DNA from: Vitrella brassicaformis CCMP3155
Taxonomy: Eukaryota; Protista; Chromerida
Direction: 5' to 3'
Assembly: GCA_001179505.1 (NCBI GenBank)
Contig: CDMY01000104.1
Location: 62,001 to 126,000, forward strand
Length of the DNA: 64,000 nucleotides
Shown here: positions 25,072-36,809 of the stretch, piece after piece
How positions within the stretch are numbered: position 1 is the stretch's first letter
Layout of the letters: every line of letters begins with the position of its first letter
The notes under the pieces: generated by a model
What the model was told of the DNA's origin: nothing
Database searches by the model: none
What the model saw: only the letters and a program-made list of their open reading frames with translations
Program-made: the position numbers and the translations under genes

Positions 25072-25707
25072 ACAGACAGGCCGACAGACAGACCAGACCA
25101 GACATGCGATGCGTGGATCCCCCGGCATGCATATAATGCCCCAGACAGGACAGGTGTGAGAGAGATGAGAGACTTTACGCAATCTGGAACAGATAGGCGG
25201 CTGCAGCAAACAAACGTGTCTGTGTGTGGAGATGTGGGGGTCGGTCAAGTTTTTCCGTAGGCGTACTTCTTACCTTACACGTGGTGTGTGTGTGCGTGTT
25301 CTGTGTTGTGCTGGTTTTGCTTGTTTGCTTGCGCGTGAGAGAGATAGAGAGACAGCGGACTGACTCAGAGAGGGGGGGAGAGAGAGGTGTATATGGCGCA
25401 GTACGTGGGCATATTTGTGTGCGCATGCCTGGTGGATGTCAGTGACTGTGTTGTGAACGTATGGCGACTGATCTCGACTGGCCTGCCCTTGGTTGGTGCT
25501 CGGAGAGACAGACTGCTTTGAATCAAATACCCACACAGTGCCCAGACCACTGCAAGGGGGGAGGGCAAAGTAGCTGCATTTACGGGGGTCTCTAAAACTG
25601 AAGTTTGCAGAAAGGAAACGACATTTCCGCTTGTCGCATCGTCAAGAAACGAGAGAGAAGGCACGCCAGATCACCATCCTGCGACATCCATCCATCCATC
25701 AGCCATC

Positions 25708-26538
25708 ATGGACGTCATCTTGACCATCCTCGGCGGCCTTATCGGCATCATCGGGGCTCTGCTCTGCGCCCTCATCGGCACCTTCTTGATCATCCTCGGC
25801 GCCCTCATCGGCGCCTTCTTGACCATCCTCGGCGCCCTCATCGGCGCCTTCTTGACCATCCTCGGCGCCCTCATCGGCGCCTTCTTGACCATCCGCCCTC
25901 ATCGGCATCATCGGGGCTCTGCTCTGCGCCATCATCTACGTCATGGGAGTGACGCTGAACCTCCTCCTCACCATCTGCGAGGTGGCGGCATCGCTATCCG
26001 GCGAAGGCATCGCCATCGCCATCGGGACCGGGCTGGCCATCGCCTGCATCGGCTTCATGCTGAAGCTGAAGCGCAACGGTGCCAGCAGTGCAGCCGCGGC
26101 CCCTTCGCGCAGCCATCGCCGTGTGATGGCCGACGTGTGTGTGCGTAAGGAGCGGCGTGTGCCCGCGGCGAGAGAGGAAGAGTGCAACGACAACACCGAG
26201 GGGGGCTCATGTAAGCGCATCATGATGGATGCATTGCAATGCATGAATCTGTCTGTGTTGTGTGCAGGCCCCATCTGCGTCGGGGGGTTCAGAGGCGTGG
26301 CTATCAGACAATACCCGTGCTGCCTCAACAAGGTCCGTCCGTCCTCATGACACTATGCAATGCGTCCGTCCATGCGTGTGTAGTGGTGTTGTGTTGTGTG
26401 TGTCAGGTGTGCGCCCCCTGCTACAAGCGCATCCGGATTGAGCGGGACACCTGCCCCTTCTGCAATGTCAACCTGGACTTCCTCGACAGGAAGGCCCGCC
26501 TCTTCGTGGACCTCACACGGCCACTGCCGGGCGCATGA
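25708..26538 (+). CDS. Membrane-anchored RING-finger (putative E3 ligase) gene with an apparent frameshift at 25893/25894
   Basis: Spliced RING: TCAT|gtaagc ... gcag|GC gives CPICVGGFRGVAIRQYPCCLNK|VCAPCYKRIRIERDTCPFC (exons end 26210, 26268-26332, 26407-26538). The hydrophobic N-terminus from ATG 25708 joins this frame only if 5 nt (ctcgg) are restored. Otherwise the RING ORF starts at ATG 25943. Confidence 0.75.
25771..25897 (+). repeat. 33-bp coding tandem repeat, ~4 units (LIGAFLTILGA); last unit lacks 5 nt
   Basis: Unit ctcatcggcgccttcttgaccatcctcggcgcc starts at 25771 (2 mismatches), 25804, 25837 and 25870 (ctcgg missing). Confidence 0.95.
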
Positions 26539-27004
26539 TGAACTAACTCGACACAGAGGGAGGGAGGGAGGGAGGGAGGGAGAGGGACCAGACAAGAGGG
26601 TGTACACAGTCAGTGGCTGAGTGTGTGCTTTTGCTTTACGAACGCCTTAGGAGGCGCCTGACTTTCCGCTGCTTATTGATTGCCTGGCTTCCCTTGCTCT
26701 TTTGCTCTTCTGCTTTTCTGACGTTTTGATCCCAATCAAAGGACAACGCATGGACGTACTCAACCTCATCAGTGAAAGTCCCTCCCGATTTAGGTAGCCC
26801 CTGTTCGCCAGCACGTCAATGCACAATGGACACATGAAATGATGTAGCCCGAGTGTCTTTCCTGCCACTCGGTGACGCGACACGAGCTGAGCGAGTGCAC
26901 TCCGCTCCCGTGACATCACCAAAAGCCATGAAAAAACCCCGGGCCACACACACCACACCGTTCAGCAGCACAACCATTATCCAGAACACGAGGACAACAG
27001 CCCC

Positions 27005-28454
27005 CTAGTCTCCCTCTCCCCAATTGTCCCCTTCCGCCTCTCTCCCTCCTCCCGTCGCGGCATCATGACCAGGCTCATCATACGGCACCCGATAAAACAC
27101 CGCCCGATAGACCGGCTCGTTGTTGGCGATGCGGCCCTTCTCCCTCTCTGTCGCCACACCCAGGGGGTTCTGGTCGGGCTGCCCCTGCCAGTCGTCTGCT
27201 GCATGTGTGTCGACGAATGCGGGGTGGGCGTCGAAGAGCTGCCGCATCTCTACGGCCACCTCGAATATGTCCGACTGCAGGATGAGGCGACCCCCGACCA
27301 CCAGATGGCGACCGATGATGTCCACCTATACGCACAGAGGGAGGGGACCGTGAGAGCATCTGTTTCTTCGGCATGCCCTTGTGTCCTTATATATATCTCT
27401 CTCACCAGCTGCTGGTTGACCATTCGCCGTTTGTGGTGCCTCTTCTTGAAGTGGGGGTCGGGGAACTGAATGGTCACGCACTCGACACCACCCCTCGCTC
27501 CTGCTGCCGGCTGCTCGACGGCGGTCTTGTCATTAGTGGTGCATTTGGGGTGTGTGGCGATGGATGGCGGGAGGGGGTGGGGTGAGGGGGGCGAGAATGC
27601 CTCGATGTCGGTGAGGATGCGATCGAGGTTCACATTGACGTTGCAGCCGATGAAATGGGCGTTCCTTTGACCTGTTCATGAATGAACGTATGAATGCACA
27701 GACGCACGGAGAGATGTGCTTCTGTCTGTCGGTGTGTTGTGTGCTGTGTCTTGTGTGCGTGAATACCTACCTGCTTTGTCGCGTTGGCTGATGGCGTGTT
27801 CGACCACCTTTGTCCTGATCTCCACCCCCAGGTAGTTGTGCGACGGATACTTCTCAGCCATCGCCATACAAAAGTGACCATACGCACTGCACAGACGAAC
27901 AAACCACCACACACACACACATCATGCACATGTGGATGCCCGTGATCTCTCCCCATCTGCGTGCCCACCCACCTGCCCAGGTCGACATGCAACGGCAGCG
28001 ACGGCTTCTCAAAGACCTTCTCGGGCCACCGGTCCTCCAGATCCACCGGCCGCTGATGGAACGGGCTGAACGGGTTCACGTGGTTGCGCGGCCGCCGGAA
28101 CTTGCCGCGACTCCGCTTCCCGCCCTGACGGCCACTTGGCTGCCCGCCCTCCTCCATCTGCTCGTCGTCGTCATCCCCGTCCATCGAGTCGCTTTCGTCC
28201 TCTTCTTCGATGGTTTGTTGCTGTTGCTGGTCAGGAGCACGCTCCTTGGTGGCCACTTGCTGATCCATGGCGAGGCGGGCGGTCTTGAGAGGGGGCTGCT
28301 GCGTGGAGTCGTCTGATGCGGACATGCTGCTTGTGCTGCGCCTTGTGTGAGTCAGAGCTGGCGGATGAGGTGGAAGGAAAGCTGATGACGTGCGGATGAC
28401 GATAGATGCAGCCAAGCGGGAAAAGGCGAAGATGAGCAAGAGGCTGGCATGCAT
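27005..28454 (-). CDS. trmB: tRNA (guanine-N7)-methyltransferase, bacterial/plastid TrmB type, with a bipartite targeting leader
   Basis: Spliced motifs RNHVNPF, HVDLG|CAYGHF, NYLGVEIR, VTIQFPDPHFKKRHHKRRMV, GGRLILQSD, NPLGVATERE. In-frame upstream leader MHASLLLIFAFSRLAASIVIRTSSA-FLPPHPPALTHTRRSTSS. Confidence 0.9.
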
Positions 28455-28620
28455 CCGATGCAGCCACGGCTTCGTTCAGTCCGCGCCTGCAAGCTTAGCT
28501 TGCGAGCTTGGATCGGGCTTCCGCAGCGTTTCGTGGTTTTCCATTGCAGAAAGCACTGCAACGAGGAAAACACGTAGCACACTGCATCAACAGCACAGCC
28601 CTCAGCGGTTGACAGACGCA
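28455..28620. promoter_or_regulatory. Probable bidirectional promoter between trmB (-) and the SHIPPO-repeat gene (+)
   Basis: Only 166 bp separate the divergent ATGs. Inferred from geometry. Confidence 0.45.
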
Positions 28621-31321
28621 ATGATGTCCGACGACCGGGCAAACGTCATTCTGCTCACCAAGCACAAATATGCGGCCTCGCCGGGACCTGGTGAGTGACA
28701 ATCGGTCATGTCAACACACAGGGACACACAAACACACGGGCGCACGAATGCACGAGAATCGATTGTGCTCCATCTTTCCCTCTCCGTGGTTGGTTGTGTG
28801 CGTGTGTTTAGGTGACTATGATTTGTACGCACCTGGGATGCTGCTCAAGAAGACGGGGCCCACGATGAGAGCACGTACGTATGTCCATATGCAACCAGAC
28901 GGGCAAATAATGCGGTCGCACATTTGCACGTGTGCAGCGAGGGGTGAGCTCTTCCCCGAGATGGTGGCGAGAAGGAGCTCAGCGGTGCTCGGGTAGCTAG
29001 TATGACGCACATTGCATTGCATGTATGCATTTATCCCATGACATGTGGGGATATCTGCAGGCCCGACTACAATGTGTGCGGGTCAATGCTCAAGAAGTCC
29101 CCATCCAAGCCGGTCGTCAGATACGAAACCGACACCATGCACACCACCAAAGAACGTAAGCACGTACATCAGACCCACACACACATCCGCCCACCCACAC
29201 ACACACACTCTTTTGGTGTGTATGTCTGGTACAGTGGTGAAGCAGCAGCAGGGCGGCGTGGGCACACCGGGGCCAGGGACATACGACCCCGTGCTGCCGC
29301 GTGTCGACCGCCGTGTGTGCCGCTCGCCATTCAAGGGGCCCACCAGGCTTGCTACACTCGACTACCGTACATATGAGCCACAGAGGCACACAAAGGGAGA
29401 CGGAAACGTAAGTATGTCTGTGTCTGTTTGCGTGTCTTGGGGGCTGTGTGTAGGGCTGAAGGTGTCGCCGGCTGATGTGTCGTTGCTGGAGTCATCGGCC
29501 ATCGATCCGAGACTGCTCACGCCACTGGGGCCAGAACTGAGAGACAGACGAAGATCAAGTGAGGCTGAGAGAGCCACTGAGTGAGACACACACATGAGCA
29601 CCCGCCATGTCCATGTCCATGTGCATGCAGAGCAGGGCTCCACTTCCCTCCTCCCCTCCCCACCCCCCTCTCCCCCGCCCCTCCCCTCTCCCTCCTCCAT
29701 CGGCTTCCACAAGCTGCACAAGTCACTCCCCTCCCTGACACACTCACACAGACCTAGGCCCACATACAGCATGCGGCCATCTCTCTCCCTGCCCTCCATC
29801 GAGTCGACTGATGCACGCATCGTCCACTCACCGCTGGCGAGAGACTCACGGCCTGAAGGTGTGCAGAGACGGGCGCGCCTTAAAGCCTTCGTAAGGGAGA
29901 TCGGGAGAGGGGGGAGGACACTTGGGGCTGAGGAGATTCAGCTGCTGAAATTGAGGTTGGAGAGGGTCAGCGAGCAGCTGAAAGGTGCGTGGGGAAGAGA
30001 GTGGGCTTTTCTCTTTTTGTGTATTTGTATGTTGGTTGTGCTGCTTGTACAGAGGCGTCACAGGGGTTGATGCAGCCCCTGGACGTCCCCCATCTGCTGC
30101 AATGCGCCACTGAGCGCCTCACTGACAAACTCAAGAGCCATCTCATGATCATCGGTACCCAACCCAAACCAGTACCACTCTAAACACCCCCCTTCACACA
30201 TTCATGCATACTGTCTCACTCACGAACATGCAGGCATCGCCCCCGGCAGCCGCAAGTGGCGGCATGCTCTTCGCGAGGCACAGGGTGGCCGCTTTCGCCT
30301 CCCTGGCCTCCCTCCCAACACCAGGACGGTGCTCAAGCGGCAGCTGGACCTCCAAACGCCCCCACCGTCCTCACGCCTGCCCCAGCCAAAGCAAGAACAA
30401 GTCCAACCAGCACCGCCAGAGCAGCTGCAGCCGATTCGTGTGGATGAGGCCCTGAACATGATGGATCAGTGGCTGCGTGAGAGGGAGGAGGAAGAGAGAG
30501 AGCACGAGAGGGGAATGGAGATGGAGGTGGACATGGGTCGGTCGGCTCGGCATCGGCTGATGGCGTCGGTGGCGCCCCAGCTGCCCACTGTCGAGGAGGA
30601 ACCCACACAGATGGACGAAGAGGAGCAAGAACAAGAGCAAGTCGAGGCTGCGGCACAGCCAGAGACGCAGCAGCCCACAGAGGAACCAGCAGCAGCTGTC
30701 GTGCAGCCGATAGGGGAGGCGGAAAGAGAGGCGGAGACACAGCCGCCACAACCAGAAACAGCAGCAGCAGAAGCACCGCCCCCCGAACCAGAAGAGCCAC
30801 AAACCATGCCCTCCGTTCCAGCAACTGCCGACGAGACACCATTCCGTGAGCACGAGGAGGACAGCGAGTGGGGCGACATAGAAGAGGGCGCGAAGGAGGC
30901 TGTCAGCCTGCTCCCCGAAGAGGAGATCCCCTCACAACCCGAGGAAGATCACGAGCTACTCACCATCGAGCCCCGCAAGATCAGCGTGGACGCGGCGGTG
31001 AGCGAGGAGGACAGCGAGTGGGGCGACATCAGGGAGGGTGCCCTTGAGGCTATCGATGTCTCCGCCGAGAATAGCAGTAACAATGTGGAGGAGGCTGAAG
31101 GTTTGACCTTCGCACAGATGGGCGAGCAAAGTGGGTGGGAGGTCGTACGACGACACTCGATTGAGAACAAGATACATGAGGAAAATGGCGGCGGTGATGG
31201 TGGTGGTGATGGTGGTATGGACATTGAGGTGAGGAGCGGTGTTTTGGGCAGTGAGGGGACGCTGCCGACACTGGGAGAGGAGGACGATGATTGGGATGAC
31301 ATTGTGGGCAGTATTGAATAA
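28621..31321 (+). CDS. PGPGxY (SHIPPO/STPGR)-repeat protein with a long Glu/Pro/Gln-rich acidic C-terminal region
   Basis: Spliced SPGP|GDYD (28681-28820), a degenerate LG|PDYN and TPGPGTYDP (~29262-29288). The final large exon continues into ORF 30329-31321. Some internal junctions were not fully resolved. Confidence 0.65.
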
Positions 31322-31713
31322 GTGAACGATATGCATTATCTCTCCTTTTCGCTGGCATTGCACTAAATGCTGCATGCAGACGCAACGGCTTCCATTTCGC
31401 TTTCTCGTGTCCAATCGTGGTGGAAGTGACACTCATGTCGCCAGACACACAGACATCAATCCACCCTCTTGCATACTGCCAACACACGCATACCCGTCAC
31501 TCTCATGAATTGAAACGTTAGGAAACTGCATGGTGACGCAAGTTGCTCCAAGTAAGAGCAGACAGGATCGCTCCAGTCTTTCGCATGCCTTGGTTGCTCC
31601 GAAATCATCCATCCTAACACAGCAGCCACAGGCAAGACAGAAGACCACCACCACACGCAACATTGTCTATGGTTCCTTCCCCAGACACACAAACACATAC
31701 CTGTGTAAGGAAC

Positions 31714-34700
31714 TCATAAGCTTCTGCCGAACACCAGGCTAATGACGCCGTCAGTCATCAAGCGCCGCACCAATGCCACGGTTTTGCGAGCCCAGAGTCT
31801 TGGGCGCGCCAGCTGCCATGGGTCCTGCAGAATGCCTGGGGGCGGCTGCTCCGTGGTGTACAATACTATGTTGGCCTGATCGTTGCTCTTCTGGATCATT
31901 GCGTATACAGCGAATGGGTCCTGCTCCCCGTCCCCATGGAGGAAGACGTATTGGGATCTTGCGGGCCCGTTGATAGATGAGGACTCGGCCATGACACGAA
32001 CGCTGAAGACGGGATGCTGGCAAGGAGAGCCCCGGGAGACGTCTGCCACATGATTGACACATGCAGAGTAGACAGAGACACAGGTGGTTTGGCTTGCGGG
32101 GCGAGTGCATGTGTGTAGTGGAGGACTGGTACTTCACGATACCGAGAGACGGCAGGATGTCCCTTCGATGGCGAGATGGTTGATGCAGCTCCATGCTGCT
32201 GGATCCAGCCGGGACACAGACGAGGAAACCATGCCCCTCAAAGGGGCATTGGCATTCTGGCCCAAATAAGGTAGATTGACAGGGGCCCTGCGCAAGATAC
32301 CATCGTCTGGGCGTCGACTCATCATTTCTATGCCTACTTCGTGGCCAACTTGATGACTACAACGTCGCGGAAACAGCGGAAAATCTCGGTGCCAACTGCA
32401 GACGCCAAGATTGCAGCAGACTCTGAGTCGACCTCGTATGAATCAGCACATGTCTCTCACCTCTGCAGACAGGATCCCTCTCGTCATGTGTCGAGTAGAA
32501 AACATTGGTGTCGTACAGGGACCAGAAATCGCGAGACCCCGCGACCAAGAGGTTCTCATCGCCCAATCTGCCCACACTCTGTGCGTTGATCGGCAGCAAA
32601 GGGAGGCCCAACTTGTGGCCGAAGACCTGCACGGCACACATGCACAAATCGTTGCTTTCATGCTCTCCATCTTGTATCGACGTGTGCATGCTGTCTGTGT
32701 TACCAGGTATTGCTTGAGGGCGTCCGGCTGGGTATTGAAGACAGACTTGGATATCACCTTCTTGATGTCTGCCGCCGTCACGATGATCGGCAGCGCCGTG
32801 AGTGACCCAACGTGCCGAGCGATGTGGAGCGCGCCGTCCCATCCTCCCCAGTCCCCGCCGTTCTCCAGAACCCATGCCAGCCCCAGCAGGTATGCCAGCC
32901 ACCCCATCAGGCCCTGTCGCAACACGCGCCGCTCTTGCTGCATGCGCAAGATGCCATCGAGTCCGTGAAGTGAGTGTCACTACGTACGTCGTGTCGTGCG
33001 GCATTGCGACACAGATAGACAAAACCTCACAGTACCGCCTAGGGTACTCCCTGAAACCGTTGCGGCTGGGAACCTCTGCTGCTGCGATTCCCCTCTTTAC
33101 GCCAGCCGCTCGATGCCGACCGCTCTCATCAGCGCGTTCCTGGTGCATGCCGCCAGAGTGGCGGTCCTGTCGACGTTGCCCGCCACCTTCTACTACGCCG
33201 CAACCTATGTTGACCGTCCTACTGCTCCGGCGACGGGGCGCCAGGGTGCGAATCTGCCGCGCGCATGTGCCCTCACATGCGGCATCAAGTGTGGTGAGCC
33301 GATATGCCATGGAATGCACCGATCCATCCACACAGCCAGAGGTTGGGCCTTTTCTGTTGGCAGGGTGCACCCCCTGCAACACCACGGCTGTTGAGGAGGC
33401 GATGGAGGAGCAGTTCCCCACGGCCGACAATGCCGATGACACTGGAGTGGCCTCCATTGTCCATCCGGCAGTGATGGCGGTGGGGTGGCTGTCCTGTCAA
33501 GTGTGGTGGACGATCGGGCCGTGGTTTTGGTGGTTTATACTCTACCTGCTGCATCTTTTCCTCACGTGGCCACTCTCGTTTGGGTGAGCTCTCCCTACCA
33601 TCAACCATCCAATTATCCCCTGCACGCGTGTCTGCAGATGTACTGATCCTTCTGGGGTCTCGCAATTCATCCTAATGTGTTCGCCTCTGTCGATGGAGGT
33701 GCGGTGCGGCCTGGTCTGGCTCTGGGTGGCCTTCTGCTCCGTCTGCGGCTCCACTCCTGTAGTGGTCATCGGTGTGGTGTTGTTCCACCCTCGCGGCTAC
33801 GGAGCGGTGAAGGATGCCACCCCCAAGTGCCGGACGCGGCGGCGCCAGGTCCGACAGATGCCCGCTCAGCGATCTGTAAACTTGAGCTGACGGAGCAGAG
33901 ATGAAGGTTCTCGCCGTCTGCGTTCTTATCGTAGCGGCTGCTATCATCGCGTGGGCAGGCCGATACGATCTGCGGGAGCGGCGACTCAAGCCCAAGCCAT
34001 ACGATGGCTCTATCCCCCACGCCGACCATGCGACCGGTCCACAGGAGGAAACTGCAATGAACATAGACAGCACCGGCCCCCACCCGCCCCCCCTCGACCC
34101 ACCTATCGACGACAAGCCGCCTCATTATGGGTCACGGCATCGCATGGGCTCTCATCCCTACCGTCTGGCCTCCCCGCACCGCCATCTCCTCAGTCAAAGG
34201 CCGCACCAGCAGCAGAGGAGCATGTGGATGAGGACATGCCACCCCCCTGCGATTCGGCGGACGGTGAGGCTGACCAGGAGCTCCCGGCCGTCCCACATGA
34301 GCCACCAGCCGTCCAGCCAGGAGGCTCAGGTGCCCCCCAACTCGGTCAAGTTGCTGCTGCCTCGGCCGCAGAAAGAGACTCAGCCGACTCGCCCACAAAG
34401 AAAGCCCACTACCTAGTCGGCAGGGATTGAAAACGTCGCCGGCTGCCCGACTGGTGGTATGATGAGGGTGAAGGCGACATTGAGGCGGACGGCGACGTCG
34501 CTGGGGGAGGCTACGTCCCCCCAGTGCCAGTACCAGCCCCAGCGGACCGAGACAAGGTTCGCTTCCGGCTCACAGTTGAGTACCATCTCACCGTCGTCGT
34601 CCGCACGGGCGGGCAGCCCATGATGTCGTCAGTCGAGTTTCAAGCGTTTTGGGTGGTGTTCGTGAAGAACATTGAGGAAGGGGCGGGTTGGAACATAGAG

Positions 34701-36809
34701 GAGCTCTTCCGGCAGCACCTGGAAAGCCATCCACATGCAGCGGCCCTGAAGTAAGACCCATCGTCAGTACCTCACTCAATAAGAGAGACGCCTCTCCTGT
34801 CTGTCATCAGGCAGAGGCAGGGCGCATGTGGTCAATACGAGTGGATGGTGGAGCTCAGGCTGCCGCACAAGGTGATCATGTACTACTTTGGCGAGTTCTG
34901 CCGCAATCGCGACCCTGGCAGCAGGAGGTATAGGCAATCGATTCACATAGCCCCTCTCGTCGGGTGTGCATCCACTGCAGGTTTCTATACTATCCTGAGG
35001 GTGTGGCCGCCCTACAGGATGCATGGACGCGCGGTGACCTGTCCAAGCCTGATTATATCTGGAAGGACGCTGCCCGTCTCGTCCTGTTTTTTGGGGCGGT
35101 CGACGTATACATCGGCTTGCACGCGACCTTCCCAGACCAGCACGGTGACAGGCAGGCAGCGGCCGACAGGGCGTTGAACCTTGAAGGCACCAAGCATTAC
35201 GAGGTATCCTCAAAGAGGCCACTACAGTCCACATGTGAATCAGAGGGTGTATCTCATTGTCAGGTCTGCCACGGCCATCGATACGTGAGGAGCGATGAGC
35301 TCGCGACGGCCGCAGGGGAGAGACTTGAGTGCCACCGCACGCCGTCAGTCACTACTGGTGAGAAGGTCCCTCAGCCGCTGACCTCTCTGTCATGTGACTC
35401 GCGTCTGGTGTGTAGGTGGTTTTAGGAAGAATATGTCGGTTGGGGGGGTCCAGAGAATGCACAAGAAGCTGCCAGGCTGGTTGAAGAGCGTCCAGCGTGA
35501 CATCCCCCATATCCGCCACCGTGGGCGTGCGTACTCACTCTTCAAGGACAAGGACGTCTTGTCGGCACGAGAACCCGACAGCCGGCAGTCTCTACAAGAG
35601 ATGCGCCGCGAAACCGAAGAGAGAAACGCGGGAAGCGAGACTTTCATTCACGTGCCCATGTGGTGTGCTGGGAGTAGTTTTATGGTGGGGCAAGGTGGTG
35701 GCGACTGTTGGTCACAAAGCAGTCTAACCCCGCATTCGTCGAGCGGGTTCGCCTGCTTGGCCCTGGCTTTTTCTTCGAGGAGACCCACCAGGTGGATCAG
35801 ACAAGGCTAGTGAACCCACTCACCCATGCATTGGTGGCTGTTCGCATGTTTGTGTGTCAGTCTGTTTCGTTCAAGACCGTGCAGCACAACTTTGCCGCCG
35901 CTGGCCGCCACGTGTATCCGCACCATACGCGCTCCGCGACGGGACTCCAGCTAAAAATCGGGGTGTCCATCCTCCAGCATGGGGAGGAAGCCCCTGCCGT
36001 ATGCAAGGCATGGCAGGAGGAGATGGTCGGATTGGACTGGATAGCGCCGGACGAGGAGCGGCTGCTGAACATAGGTGGAGGGCGTGTGCATAGCGTCGAG
36101 GGTGCGAACTACAAACACGTCTCCCACTCAACACAGTACCTGCCAAAAAACCACGAACACACCTGGACGCCATCAAGTTACGATGGAAATGCTTTTGTTC
36201 AGACACGGGGAGGAGTTCTTACAGGTCCGCCTGTGCGCGTTGACCAAGGTGCAGGTCACCGACGCACAGATAAAGAAGGTCAGGGTGCCCTGTGGGATGC
36301 CAGACCAGGCGGGCAAGGCATACATCAGATGTCCGGCCGAGAATAGGGAGGCAATGCTAAAGGCCCTGTATGATCTGGGTGAGCTAGACGAAGGGAGACA
36401 CACGAGGCAAGACAACACATGCTTGGTGTCTCTCTTTGCAGGGATCATGTGTGACCCAGAGTGCGACAGTCCAGTGGTTAAGCTCCACGAGCGGTGTCTC
36501 GTGTGGCCCGTGAACGAGGACGCGTGTACAGAGTCCAGAGGGTTCGTGCGGGAGTGGGGGAACCCTCCCCTGGTTCACGAATGACTCTGTGTGGTCATTT
36601 AGACATACGATTTGTGGCATCGGACTATGCAAACAACCATGTAGCACAGCTAGACAGAAAGCTTGAATGCGCCGCTTCAGGAAGCCGTAGTTGATCAGAT
36701 ACTTGCCATAGCGATAGGTCACGCGAATCGCAGCCAAGTCAGTGCCGACAGGCAGCATGTCCACCAACACCTCCTTGAGAAGGGCATCCGGAAGGCTTGA
36801 GAGGGACAT
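31714..36809 (-). CDS. F-box-like N-terminal domain protein of a lineage-expanded family; first intron ~3.7 kb
   Basis: Exon 1 36809-36609 (MSLSSLPDALLKEVLVDMLPVGTDLAAIRVTYR...PMPQI|gtatgt, phase 0). Exon 2 32937-32704 (catgcag|QERRV...LAWVLENGGDW...KQYL, phase 0). Exon 3 32626-32461 (VFGHKLG...DPVCR). Further exons end in FLHGDGEQDPFAVYAMIQK...LYTTEQPPPG. Family resemblance is recalled, not searched, and the 3' end is uncertain. Confidence 0.55.
33113..33890 (+). CDS. Small Cys/Trp-rich predicted membrane protein, 3 exons, nested antisense in the intron of the F-box-like gene
   Basis: Phase-compatible junctions TGTG|gtgagc ... ggcag|GGTGC and TTTGG|gtgagc ... tgcag|ATGT give CALTCGIKCGCTPC and the hydrophobic stretch WWTIGPWFWWFILYLLHLFLTW. 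No known domain recognised. Confidence 0.45.
33901..36584 (+). pseudogene. Multi-exon gene for a secreted or anchored protein of unknown family, interrupted by an apparent frameshift (~34130) and an in-frame TGA (34428-34430)
   Basis: Signal-like start MKVLAVCVLIVAAAIIAWAG. The frame is open on both sides of the TGA (HYLVGRD*KRRRLPDWWYDEGEG). Most downstream exons join in phase (CTGAA|gtaaga ... tcag|G; GGAG|gtatag ... gcag|G; GAG|gtatcc ... tcag|GTC) to a stop at 36584. Confidence 0.55.

Noticed and set aside
25671-25935. Antisense repeat ORFs (MVKKAPMRAPR; QEGADEGAEDG) and possible CRISPR-like array
   Set aside because: These are alternative readings of the 33-bp coding repeat. The units are contiguous with no unique spacers, and there are no cas genes.
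32357-33457. 366-aa minus-strand ORF
   Set aside because: Only its 32626-32461 part is a real exon. The rest runs through introns and the antisense gene.
34428-34430. In-frame UGA as selenocysteine
   Set aside because: The context is low-complexity, there is no redox motif, no SECIS was recognisable, and there is a separate frameshift upstream.
32938-36608. Nested block as a transposable element
   Set aside because: No terminal inverted repeats, target-site duplication, LTRs, or transposase/RT motifs could be seen at either boundary.
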